Assembly (NCBI RefSeq): GCF_048593235.1
Contig: NC_133620.1
Coordinates: 440,725,261 to 440,789,260, forward strand
Reading direction: 5' to 3'
DNA from: Sminthopsis crassicaudata
Lineage: Eukaryota
DNA length: 64,000 bases
The notes under the pieces were generated by a model. It searched no databases. It was given only the letters and a program-made list of their open reading frames with translations, and was not told where the DNA came from. Each line of letters opens with the position of its first letter. Position 1 is the stretch's first letter. Position numbers and translations under genes: made by a program. Below, piece by piece: positions 46,557 through 58,720 of this stretch.

Positions 46557-46562
46557 ATTAAA
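46557..46562 (+). terminator. Candidate NUDT17 polyadenylation signal ATTAAA
   Basis: First poly(A)-type hexamer downstream of the NUDT17 stop codon. Confidence 0.45.
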
Positions 46563-46734
46563 TTAAAAGAAAGGTTCGTAAAAGAGGAAAAGGTGAATTT
46601 AGGGGAGGGGGACTGAATGCCCCCTCCCAAAAGGTGCAGAATGAGCTCCATGACCATAACTCTAAAACTATGGTTCCCATTGGAAACTCAGACCCCAGGA
46701 TAGGGAGACCTTGGGGAATCATCATCAACTTAAA

Positions 46735-46765
<31 letters not shown>

Positions 46766-47475
46766 TTTTATTATTTATATATAAATAGAGAGCCAGGCAA
46801 CAGGACAAAACTACCTACCTCATCTCCCATCCCAAACTTTAGAGAGGCAGAGGAGGTAGAGCTCCTCATCCCATCCTCAGTCAGACTGAGAATGGGGTAA
46901 GGGTCATCATCTTTGGAGTTTTTTTGGTTTTTCTCATTTATGTACAAAAAGCTGCAACTGAAAATAGAGATCTCAAGCAAGCCCTGTCTTTTTCTGTCCA
47001 TTTGTCTGTCCCACACGTGGAAGGGGAACAAATGGACATAGAAGAACTATCAGGTGTTTTGTGAGGGACCAATTGACATCTCTTATCCATCCATCCACAC
47101 ATTCCCCCTCCCACTCCAGCTGCTTCAGATCTAGACCTGAGGCGCGCAGCCACTGGGAAAGGAAGAAAAGAATGGAACATCTTTTAGGCCCAACTTTTAG
47201 GCACAATTCTCACATCTCCCTGCCCCTTCTTGGCTTACGTGTCTCCATCTGAAGAGCATTTCCAAAAATAAACCCAAAATGTCTTTTTTAAAGAGGTTAA
47301 ATATTAACCCTTTGGGTGCTAGTCCGGGCAGAGGGGGCCAGGAACATGTGTCCATGAGTTTCTGTTTGTAGCCTCTGGCCACAAACCCCAAGGGAATCAG
47401 TTGAAGGGGTTGAGACAGGGCTCCCCCGCGGTCCCCACTTGGTGCTAGAAGTGGGTGAGGAGGTCCAGGGGAATC

Positions 47476-50400
47476 TCAGTCCAGGGAGATAATGTCTGGC
47501 CGACAACCAGTCAGAGAAGAACCTGGAGGCAGGGGTCCCCCATGTCCGTCTCTCAGGGCCCCCCCAGGGGCCACGATGCTGCTGACTCGGCCAGGAGGCG
47601 GTGCTGGAGGAGATCCTCGGTGAGAGCTCCCCAGAACGGGAGCCAGTGGACCCAAGAAGTGGGAAGGGGTGCCCCGGTACTGGAAGAAATGGCCAAGGGT
47701 ATCCTGCTCGTCTATTGAGGTGATGACCGAAGGGCTGTAGTGCTGAGGGGGAGAAAATATTTAAGACTTTAGTTTTTCCCCAATCTCCTACCCCTCAGAC
47801 ACTTCCCACATACTCCCTCCACATCTTACATAGATCCCGGAGAAGGCTGTCTAATCCACTTGAGGGTTTTTCTCTGAAAAGACCCGCTCACCATGAGTGT
47901 GAAAACAGTTATCCCCATCCCACCGGCTCTATCCTCCTCCAATGTTGTGGGCGTTCAGAATGAATGGAATGTCTGGGCATGAGAAGGGTGTGACCTGCTC
48001 TATGTGGGGGTGGGGTGAGGGAAAGCACTCGGGGACCCAGTGGATGGTGGTTCTAGGTTCAGCCTCACCAGCCACATGACCTTCTAAGCCTCAGTTTCCT
48101 AATCTGTAAACTGAGGAATCAAATTCTGTCCCTTAAAATCCCAAAAGGAAATAAACTGTCTGCCCAGCACCTCAATCTCATCCCACACAGCAACAAGAGT
48201 TAAAGAGTCCTTGTAAGAGTTAGAAACCAAACCTATACAAAGCTCCAGAGACTGGACACTTTGGTGGAAAGGGAAGGAATTCTTACCTGACTCTCATTCT
48301 GAAAGAAAGTAAATAAGTCCAAACCTGTGAGAAAATGGGAAAAAAAAAAATTCAAAATCAGCCTGATTCTGCTACCTAAAATTTCCCCAGATGTGGGAAT
48401 TCCCTGGGAAGTTAGAGATATTGGAGGGGCAGGACAGACAGGGATTATTACCTTATCCCACAGCAAAAAAGGGCAGAGGGGTTTCTTACAGAGGGAGCCA
48501 TATTTGGAACTAGGTCATACCCTGGATTTCGGCCCCCAGTGGAAAGGCTGGTGGATACTCGGGAAGAGGGAGGCCAGAGAGGAAGTCACTGCCCAGGGTG
48601 CCCATAGCTGGGCTCCGGAGCACAGATGACGGCTGGTGATTGGTAGCCAGGACTCTATAAGAAGAGAGGGAGCTGTCAAGCTCCTAGGAAGTCTCCCTAA
48701 ATTCCCTCTCTCTTTGTGTTCCCATGCCAGCCCCAACCACTACACTTACATATCTTCAAGGCCTCCCTTCCTCCCCTCATCCCCACACATCCCCAGTGAT
48801 CTTGGGAGGACTTCTTGCTCTAAACCCCAACTTCTTTCTCAGTCCAGTTCTTTATACCCTTTGCCTCCGGGGGGACCGGGGATGGCCGAAGAGGTGACTG
48901 GGCAGTGCTTCTTAGCAGGGGGCAGGTCTTCCTCATCTGAAGAGCTGTCAAGTGTCAAGTCAATAACTTCAATTTTCTTCTTGGTCTCAGGAGGCTTGCC
49001 CTCAGGGCCAGGGCCAAAGGGGGGACCTGGAGATATTGGAAGGATGGGTGTCACTAGTCTGTAACCGGAGGGAGAAATGGTCTGGAATCATCTGACCCTT
49101 CCCCACATTTGGGAATGAACAGGGAGTCATCCCATTCCTCACCATCTAAGCCATAGCCTGTCGTGGGGCAAACCTCCGGTGTCTCCTTTTTGGGCCTCAT
49201 TGGACACCAGGATCCATCTTCCATGAACTGGATCTCATCACAGTCAGTGCACGAATTCAGAATCTCCATGAATAATCTGGGAGAAGGAAGAAGGTTATGG
49301 GGGGAGTCATGAAAAGATTAGGGGAGGTAGTTGTTTGAGAAAGCAAATCAACCCTAGGGCAACAGAAAAGCGGGAATTTAGGAGCAACGTGGACTACCTG
49401 AGGAGGGGTACTGGAGAGAGGGGCAGAAACGTGAGATCTCCAGGGTAAGTCTGGCTGGGCGGGAGTATCCAGACCCATCAGTGCCCAGGCTCTCCTAGGG
49501 GGTATTCTTGCTGTCCATGTCAAGGGAAAGAAGGGGGTTTATCTGGGCGTCCTGGACAAGTGGGAGCAGAAGTGGCCATACCCATCTATGACCAGAGATT
49601 CATAGGGAGCCTTCTTGTCACACACAGGGCATGTCCACGTGGGCTTCTTCTCATTCATCTGCAGGTAGAGGGCAGCATCGAAGCTCTGTAGGTGGGCACA
49701 GGTGAGGGCCCGGCACGGCACAGCCAGGCGCATCTTCCCTAACTGGGGAAAAGCAGGACTTCTCAGCATATTTCCTCTACCCAGCTTTCCCCTTTCTGGA
49801 ACACCTTATCTGGATAAACAAAAACCCTGGGAGCTCAGCTCAGCCTTCACCACCTCACCCCACCCCCATCCCTGGTCCCATCTCAAAGTCTCTCCTTCTA
49901 GTACCCACCGGGCACATGAGCGACACCCGCAGGCTGGTGGTGGCCACCTCACTGTCAGGGTCGGCAGTCAACTTCTCCTTGACTGAAATGAGATCAGAAC
50001 CAAAATGAGGAAGTCAAAATAGGGCCAGCGAGGACAGCCGATATAGCATGAAACAGGCCTGGGTGGACAAAGGATTCCCCAGAAAAAGTCGGGGTTGAAG
50101 GCTAGCTCAATCAGTGAGAGAACAGGGCCTTTATCTTGAAATAACTTACTCAGTGCCCGAGAGTGGTCTGGGTTCCGGATGCCCTTTGCTCTCAGTTTCT
50201 GCAGGAGCGTCACTGAGGTCAGCTGCCTCACTAGGTACACCGACAGCGAATAATTCTGGGGAGAATGTCAGCATCTGTTTCCCTGTTACTGTATTACTCA
50301 TTCCCCAGAGGCAGTGGGGTCTGCTTAACCAATACCCCTTCCCTGAAACAAGCGTCGGAGACCACAATCCTCCCCCCCCCACTTTCCCCTCCCAAGCACT

Positions 50401-52931
50401 GAAACTTCCTCAGACACACAGCTCACCCGTCCAAACTCAGATGACCAGTTGACCACAATAGTATTGGGGACAGTGGCTGAAAGTCGAACTAAGGATGTGA
50501 TGTTGATAGGTCGGCTAGGTCTTTTGGGTTCAGCCCCATTCTTGGTCGGGGGTAGATAACCCTAAAGAAAATGGGGAAGGTCAAGGTAGAAGCAGCCCAA
50601 ATTTAGAGTTTGCACATATCTTATGCAAAACTTGAGACTTTGGGAGGCTAATGTTGTACATACACCCTTTGAGAGAATATTCCCATTTAGACAGGCTCAT
50701 AAAGGATGAGGATGTAGGGATGGGACTATTGGGAAAAGGGCACCAGCTGGTAAGGGAATATTGTCAGGACAAGTTGTGGGAAAGGGGCTGGGAAGGGTCA
50801 CTTACCGGCAGAGGACACAGTTTCCCATTAACCTTGACAAAGAGGTTAGGAGGAAAATAATCTTCCTGGGGGCAACTGGTCTCACAGAGACAGAACCTAA
50901 TGAAAGATTTGGGGAGGGGGAAAAAGAAGGTACAGGAAGTTACTATCCAGAGGTCTAGCTCCTGTGACTGTGAGTCTGCAGACATAGGCAAAAATTAAGG
51001 GGCAAATCCAGGAATAAAATCTATTTCTTGCCTACTTCAAGGGAGAAACTTCCTTCACCCCAGATGTAAGAATTATCTACCTCCAAATAATGAAAATCTC
51101 CTGACAAAAGGCCTGGATGATGGGCAAGCAACATCTGAGGTGGATAATACAATGAGGAACATTTATAATACTTTTTGAAATGAATATGTTTTTAACATTA
51201 GAAAAAGCCATTCTATATATAGTACGAGTATTTATTTTGTGGTAAATCAAGTTGCATGTCTCATAGCAAACAAGAAAAGCCACTTTGAGACTCCAAGCAC
51301 AGGAGATAGAATTTTCAAAATTTCTCTGGGTCCTTTGTAACTCCTGTTTATAAACCATCACCGCCACCACCCAGAGGGGACACAGATCAGTGTTTCCCAG
51401 TGAGAAGGATGTCTTCAGAGATGTCTCACCTGAGCTGGACCTGTACTGTATAGTCGCACTTGGCCCCAGGCAGGACATCCCTAAAACAGAGAGAAGGAGA
51501 GATCTGAGAGGGTGGGATACGGATAATCTGGAGGGCTGGAAAGAGGCCTGAGAGCTGGACATACAGATGGGAAAGAACTGATGAGGGGGACAGATAGGAA
51601 GGCAAGTTGACCAAAGCCAATTTAGACAAAGATGGCAGATCAGATCAAGATACGAGGTCCAAAGTCCAGGATTCAAAAACATGGCCAAGGACAAGGGAAT
51701 CAGAGGGAGGGGGTCCAGGTACCTTGAGGAGAGGATCTGCTGCACTTGCTGTGGCGTCAATGCAAAAGTGAAATGAGCCTCCTCAAACCTCTGGCTGTTT
51801 GTGGATGCTAAGTACATAGAGGAAGAGGGACACAGTTACTTGAGTGGACCAAAGGACAGCCATGAACACCTGTTAATGATGTCCCCCCCCCAAGGAAGCA
51901 AGCCTCTCCTGCCTGAGAGTAAATGGTACTTTGGGACCATGGGTTGCTGCGGTTCAGTTGTGTCATTCTTTGTGACCCTGTGGACCAAGGCGGGACACTG
52001 ACCCGGGGTTTCCTTGGTAAAGATGCTAGGATAGTGGCCATTTCCTTCTCCAATAGGTTAAAGCAAAGAGGGTTAAGTGACTTGCCCAGAGTCATATGGC
52101 TAGTGAGAATCTATGCCTGGATTTTCCCAGGGCCCAGCACTTAAATCCACTGAGCCGCTGACCAATAGGTTGGTTCCTTATTTAGAATAGGAACGTAAGT
52201 GGACAAGTACAGAGGAGGCAATCAGGAGTCCATTAGGTCAGCTTCCGTACCGAGGGTGGTGGGCCGGATGAGTTCCCCGTATATGTCATAGAAAGGTAGC
52301 GGCCTCATGGTGACATCAGGGTGGACTGGCTGGGGCAGGGAAGGATGTACATCAGCCTCACGTTTGGGCCCCCCCAAGAGGGGTCCTGAAGGCAGGAGGC
52401 TGGAGGGGGCAGGGGGCAGGGGGCCAGGAGGAACAATGGGTGGAGCTCCTGGGGGCAGAGACAGCAGTGAGAGCTCAGAAGGCACCAGGGCCTTCCGGGG
52501 GAACCGGCGTCGGTAAAGTTCTTTGATCTTCATCTGGACGCTGGGGCCACAGCCGGACTTGAGAAGCTGCAAGGCCTTGGTCAGTAGTTCGTGTTTCCTC
52601 CCACTCTTGTTGCGTCCTGCAAAGCCCAGAAGCACCTGGAGCTCAGACACCCGGAAACTCATCACCATGTGCTGGGAAGAGAAGGCGACACAGGTGAGCT
52701 GGGGGCAAGGATCCCAGTCTGAGATCAGCCACAGCTAGACCTCCTTGCTAAGGAGAGATGCCCATCCCAAAGTAGACCCTTCTGGGGAGGAATCATTGAA
52801 AAGAGCCCATAACAGGGGGCCACTATGTGGAGCAACAGCCCTAAGGCAGGAGGATCCGAGTTCAAATTTGGACTCAGACACTGAACACTTCAAGGCTGTG
52901 TGACCCTGACTTAACCCCGATTGTCTCAGCC

Positions 52932-53028
<97 letters not shown>

Positions 53029-56000
53029 TTACTTCACATGATTAGATAGAATAGCTTGGGCCACTGAAAGAGATGGCCCAACTCTAAGAGAAGAGGTTGT
53101 AATTCCCCCAATTGGTGTCCTTCCTAATTCCTGTTTCAACAGGTCCCAGTTTAGTGTCTCCCTCTCCATCCCCCAAACCTAAACATAACTCTCTCCCTTT
53201 GGTAGCTAAGAGAAAAACAAGGATAAATAGAGTTGGAAATGGAAAAGTATTCTCCCTTCTTCCCCATCTTCCTTTCTCTCCCTAATCTTAACACGAGGCA
53301 GCAGCACAAAGCTCCTAATCCTCCCCTTAAAATTTCTTTCTCTTCTTACTTATTTTTAGATTCCCAGGCCCACCCCAGCTTTCTTAGAGATNNNNNNNNN
53401 NNNNNNNNNNNNNNNNNNNNNNNNNNNNNNNNNNNNNNNNNNNNNNNNNNNNNNNNNNNNNNNNNNNNNNNNNNNNNNNNNNNNNNNNNNNNNNNNNNNN
53501 NNNNNNNNNNNNNNNNNNNNNNNNNNNNNNNNNNNNNNNNGAAGAAATGGAAGGAAAAAAGCCAGGGAAAGAAGGAAGAGATGGAGGAAAGGAAAGAGAA
53601 AAAAGGAAATAAGGGAAGAGAAGAAGGGAGGGAGGGAAGAGGAAGAAAAGGAAGAACAGAGGGAGGGCAGGAAGAAGGAAAGAAGGGAGAAAGGAGGGAG
53701 GAGGGAGGAGAAAGGAAGGAAGAAAAAGGGAATGGAGGGAGGAAAGAGGAAGGAAGGAAGGAGGAAAAATGAAAGGGAGGGAGGAAAAAGGAAGGAAAAA
53801 TGGAGGGAAGAAGGAAGAAAGGGAGGGAAAGAAGGAAGAGATGGAGGAAAGGAAAGAGAAAGAAGGAAGTGAAGGGAGGGAGGGAAGAGGAAGAAAAGGA
53901 GAAACAGAGGGAGGAAGGAAGGGAGAAAGGAGGGAGGAGAAAGGAAGAAAAAAGGGAAGGGAAAAAGAAAAAAGGAAGTAAGGGAAGAGAAGAAGGGAGG
54001 GAGGGAAGAAAAGGAAGGAAGGGAGGAACAGAGAGAGGGCAAAAAGAAGGAAGAAAAAAGGGGAAAAGAAAGGGAGGAGAAAGGAGGGAGGGAGAGAAGA
54101 AGGAAGAAAGGAAGGAAAGAAAAGAGAAGGAGAGAAAGAAGGAAGAGAGGGAGGAAAGGAAAGAGGTCAAAAAGGAAGTGAGGGAAGAAGAGAAGAAAGA
54201 AAGGGAAGAAGGGAGGGAGAGAAGAAAAGGAAGGGAGGGAACTCAGGAAGAAAGAGTGGGGTTAGATGGGGGAGGGGAAGGGAGAGACTAGGACCAGGTG
54301 GCTGGAGGATCTCTATGTAAATCCCAGCCCCCACTTATGCCTCATTCCATGTAAGCCTCAAGGCCAAGGCTTCTAGGGAAGATTTCAATACCCTTCAAAT
54401 CCCTTTTCACCTTCAACCTCATGACTCTATCTCAAGATCTCCCCATTTGGGGGGGAAGGAAAACTAAGGCCCAGAGCTGAGGGCACAGAAAAATCACAAA
54501 GCTAGGATGCCTCCAGGAAATGGCTTTTCCCCTTGGGCCAGAGTACTCCATCTGACATAAACTGGGACCTTCTTTTAATAAAGGGTAGAAGGGTTGGAGG
54601 ATTCCCGAAGAAAGGAGGAGTGGCTCCTCTCCCCTGCTGAGATCCAGATGGTAAAGCTCTGACCTGATCCCCCAGAGAGAAGGCTTAGGAATGGAGGAGG
54701 AAGAGGGAGGGGACAGCATCCAGGCAGAATGGAACAGAAAATCGCCCGACAGGGAGGACCAAAGACACTGATAACAAAATGTGTCCCCAAACACTGCTTC
54801 GTTCCAAAAGGAGAAGGGACAGCTCCTGGACAACATGAGGATCCATCAAGTGACAGAACATTTGGAAAGCATTTAGCAGCACCTAGTAGGTGCTTCATCG
54901 GTGAGTGTGCCCTTTTCCTTTCCAGTCTGCACAAGGGGTGACAAGTCCCACAGGGAATCTCCGCTGAGACACTGCCAACTGGGAGTGAATGCCTGGGTCT
55001 CCTCATCCTTTATCCTTCACCTCGGAAGCTTTCCTTTCCCGGCCTTTCCTGTCCGCCTTCCCCTCTACCAGCTGACGGGAGCGCTCTTTGAGGAATGCGA
55101 CTGCTAATTTCGAGGCCTTCCCCCGAATGCAATCCCTTCCATGTCACCGCTACATGTAGCCTCCCCTCCGTTCTTCTGTCACCTGTAGATCTCTCTCTTA
55201 CCTCCACAGTCCCACATTTGCATCCTGACATCGGTCCTCTCACAAAGCTCGAGGCCTCGCGGTCTCTCGGGGTCTCATTCACACACCTCCGCCTATCCCC
55301 GTCTCCCCCAGCTCTGCCTCCCCCGAATATTCCAGTGCCCTCCCAGAGCCCCATCCCCACCTCTCTTCCATCTCCCACAATTCTCTCCCCGTGCCCTCCC
55401 ACCGCCAGCTCTCTGCATCTCCGTACCTTTCCGAGGCCTCATCCCCACATCCCTGGACTCCTACAATCTTCTGCCTTGCCTCCTCCCCCAGTTCCATCCC
55501 TGCAGCTCGGCTCTCTCCCACCCCAACTCCGTGCCCTCCCACCGTCTCAAGCCGACATCGCCGCCCTCCCCCAGCCCCATCCTCTCCCGCGCCCTCCCCC
55601 AGCCCCATCTCCCCGCATCCCCTCTAAATGAGGATGTTCCTCTCTAAACCGATGCCTGTTCGGTACCAACCTCCCTCCCGGAGCCGTGGGGAGTCTCCGG
55701 AAAGATAACGTGCGTTGCAGCGCTTTACACATTTCACAGTGCTGCGTAGATGTCAATGACCGGGCTGGTGCTCTCCCTGCCCAAACAGCGCTGGCTCCCC
55801 TCTGCCCCTGCTCCCGGAGGTCCGAGCCCCTGCCAGACTCCCCCAGCCCCGCCCCCGTGGCCCTGCCCCCCGCGGGCCCTGCCCCTCCATCCCTGCCCCC
55901 GGAGGCCCCCGCCCCTGTTCTGCCCACGGCGCCGACTCCCTGAGCATCGCCCTCGCCGCCGCCCCGAATCCGGGACCCCCGCCTCGTCCCCCGCGTCCCT

Positions 56001-56193
56001 GCCCCCAAAGTCCATCCTCTCCAGGTGTCCCCGTGCCCGCATCCTCTCCCGCCGCCCTCGGGCTCGGCCCCCGGGACGCCCGCATCCCTGCTTTGCCGCT
56101 TTCCCGCCGCTCCCCTGCCGCCCGAGCTGGCGAGGCTCGGGCTCGGGAGGCTCCGCGGGGGTCCGGTACCTTTAACTCGCCCAGCTCCGCCAT
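47476..56193 (-). CDS. PIAS3: E3 SUMO ligase PIAS3, 14 exons, 629 aa
   Basis: Exons: 56193-56170 (MAELGELK), 52671-52251, 51807-51723, 51480-51430, 50896-50806, 50561-50427, 50255-50150, 49982-49909, 49742-49582, 49276-49143, 49026-48858, 48654-48521, 48324-48287, 47742-47476. Total 1890 nt. SAP domain, PINIT motif, SP-RING ([13 protein letters not shown]...WTCPVC), SIM (VIDLT) and C-terminal DIISLD* are present. Confidence 0.97.
51940..52160 (-). mobile_element. MAR1-type SINE
   Basis: Reverse complement of the MAR1 tail and CORE. Confidence 0.65.
52843..53028 (+). mobile_element. WSINE-like SINE with a (GA)n microsatellite tail
   Basis: SINE body to ~52930, then about 46 GA units at 52936-53028. 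Confidence 0.75.
53392..53540. other. Assembly gap (N)
   Basis: Run of 149 N. Confidence 0.99.
53541..54290 (+). repeat. GA-rich polypurine low-complexity tract
   Basis: About 750 bp almost exclusively G/A, with internal imperfect repeats. Confidence 0.95.
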
Positions 56194-57500
56194 CTTGAGA
56201 CATCGCAGGCGCCGGAGCCCAGGCCCAGGGACCGGCGCGCAACTCCCCACCCCGGGGCCGGCCGCAAACATCGCCCGCCCCGCCCCGCCCCGTCCGGCCT
56301 CCTCTCCCGGCCTCTCCCCCTCCCATTCCCAGCCCCGCCCGTTCGACTCCGGCCGGGCCACGGCCTCGGCCTCCCCCCCTCCCCCACAATTGGTAGCGGC
56401 AGCCGCGGCACATCTGGCGCGGAGGGGGATGGGGGAGGCGGGGGCAGCTGCGGGTTCCGAAACCCGTCGCGGGAGACTCGGGGGAACACGGTCCTCCCGG
56501 GGCATCCGCGCGTCCCTGCGGGGGCGGAATGCTGGAGGGAAAGTAGACGGGGCGTCGGGACTCAGGGACACACCGGGACCCCGAGATGAGGGGCTCCGCG
56601 GGGACTCAGAGCCGGGGCTGGGGACACGGAAGCAGTGAAGGAGGCACAGATTCTCCCGGGTTGGGAGTCCGGATAGCAGGGGCGATCCAGCACTGCAGGA
56701 GATCCTAGGGAGTGGGGTCTGCAAGACTCTAGCTCTGCCTTGGGGGGCTCTGTACTCCTGGACTTGCACGCCGTGAGTTCTACTGTGCCTCCCTTTTCCC
56801 GTCCACCCCCACCCCCAAGTTCTTGTTCTGGGTCTGGCCAAGGACCCGAAGCCTTGGAGCACAAAGTTTGGCGATGGGGGCGGGACTTACCAGCTCCGGC
56901 TCTAGGGATGGGGGAGGGGGCCCCGGGGGCTCCGGGCGCGGGACTGGGACCGGAAGGTGGGGTAGCCAGAGAGGGCAATCCACGGCGCTCTCGCACTCCC
57001 GCGCTCCCCACCGCTCGGATTGGGTCCGGCAGTTCGGACACGGTGCAAGGAAGCTCAGTCCGGTCCTAGATTCCGGCTGGGGCCGCCTCCTTGCTGCCCC
57101 CCTCCGGGGCAAACCCGTCCGGGCCCGGGAGAGGGGGCGGGGCTGAAGGCGGACCCCGGGGCCGGGCGAGGGAAAGGGGGGGATTAACCCCTTCTTATTG
57201 ACAAACCGAGAATTAAAGTATTGAGCCTGGGGTGTAGACGTTCTCCTCTTCCCTATCGCTTCCTCCCCTAAAACTCCCATCCCTTCGAGCTTCGTGGTAG
57301 GAGAATGATGAAGACGGGTGGAGGAGAGGGTGCGCATCAAGTACAGCAAAGATCACCAAAAAAGCTCCGGAAAGTCCCCATCCTCACCCCCCACCTCCGG
57401 CCGTCCCACCTTCGGCTCCGCAGTATAGGGTTTCTTACCTCGGTTACAATGTATCAGGGGACTCTTCAGCTTCGTTAAAGCTCAGTTCTAGAGCCGGAAG
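55500..57500. promoter_or_regulatory. CpG island and promoter of PIAS3
   Basis: GC- and CpG-rich, several GC boxes, YY1-like CAAGATGGCG overlapping the ATG, ETS motif CCGGAAG near 57494. Confidence 0.8.
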
Positions 57501-58489
57501 CCACATTCTAATCCCACCACTTCATTTTACAGATAAGGAAACTGAGACCCTGGGAGGCTATGATTTGCCCAAACTGTCAGATGTAGAAAGTCTTGGAGGC
57601 ATCATTTGTGTCCCATGCGGCCAAAGCCCCGTGTTCTTTTCTAGATAGTCCCATGCCCATGCTACTGAATACCCCTTCCTGGAAAGAAGCCCAGAAAGCT
57701 TTAATTATAGGGGTACCTTGACTGCCCCTCCTCCAAATACATACCTTTCCGAGGTACTCACACCTCTTGGAGGATGGAGGAGGTGAGGTGAATGTAGGGA
57801 AAACTTAAAATAGTTGGGACTTCCCCATCTTCCTTTGCTTCCCAGAAGGCTCTTCTTGATGGACAGATATCACTAGCTAGCTTCTTTCCTTATTGAAGCC
57901 TGTTTCTGACCTGACAAATAATTTACGGGGCAGGCCTAAGAATTAGGTGGCTGGCTCTGTCAACTACCTCAGTCTAAAGGCCATCTTTGACGACCATGTA
58001 TTCACATTATAGGTGGACGGGAGGAGTAGTCCTCCTACTAGTGTAGGACATAGTGTAGAATTTTAAAGCTAGTAGGGACTACAGAATTCACCTTAGGCCA
58101 CCTCCACCATATAGTTTATCCCAAAGAGGGATTTTTCCTGGCCACCAGGTGGGAAGCAAAGGAGTATCCTAGAATTGACCTCTCTGTGGTGAAGGTTCAA
58201 TGGAAAGTCAGGCTGGATTTGGAATCAGAGGACCTGAGTCTATTCTGTTCTATCTCTGTCAACACTATGTGATCTTCAGTAAGTCCATTTATCTCTCTGG
58301 GTCCATTTCCTCATCTGATAGATGAAGTTGACCTATTTGTTCCCTAAAAACCCTTTCACTGAATCATGATCTATTCTGACATGCCCACCTCCACTCCCCC
58401 CACAGGATGGTAAGATAGACTGAGGACAATATAGCTCACTTGATCCTAAGCAGCACAGGCTCAGGGGATAAGTTTTATATAAAGCTAGG

Positions 58490-58720
58490 TGGCACAGTGG
58501 ATAAAGTGATGGGACCCAAGCCAGGACAGCCTGAGTTCAAATTCTGCCTTACACATTTAGAAGTGACCTTGGGCAACTAAGTGTCTTCATCTCCGTCTGC
58601 TTCAGAGTCCCCATCTGGAGAATAGGGGTAATGATAAAGGCATTTCCCTCTCAGGGTTGTTGTTAGGATAAAATGAGATAATATTTCTAAAGTGCTTCTT
58701 AAACCTTAAAGCACCAAGTA
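58490..58720 (+). mobile_element. MIR/MAR1 SINE
   Basis: Head agctaggtggcacagtggat, CORE, and tail aaagtgctt. Confidence 0.7.

Noticed and set aside
53233-54291. ORFs of 134-274 aa rich in F/L/S/P or E/K/R/G
   Set aside because: Translations of the GA low-complexity tract and the N gap.
55095-57349. Many long ORFs (up to 369 aa) over the PIAS3 promoter
   Set aside because: CpG-island artefacts; only MAELGELK is supported by homology and a splice donor.
58138-58156. CTCF-like site tggccaccaggtgggaag
   Set aside because: The highly conserved C after GGTGG is missing; a motif match alone is insufficient.
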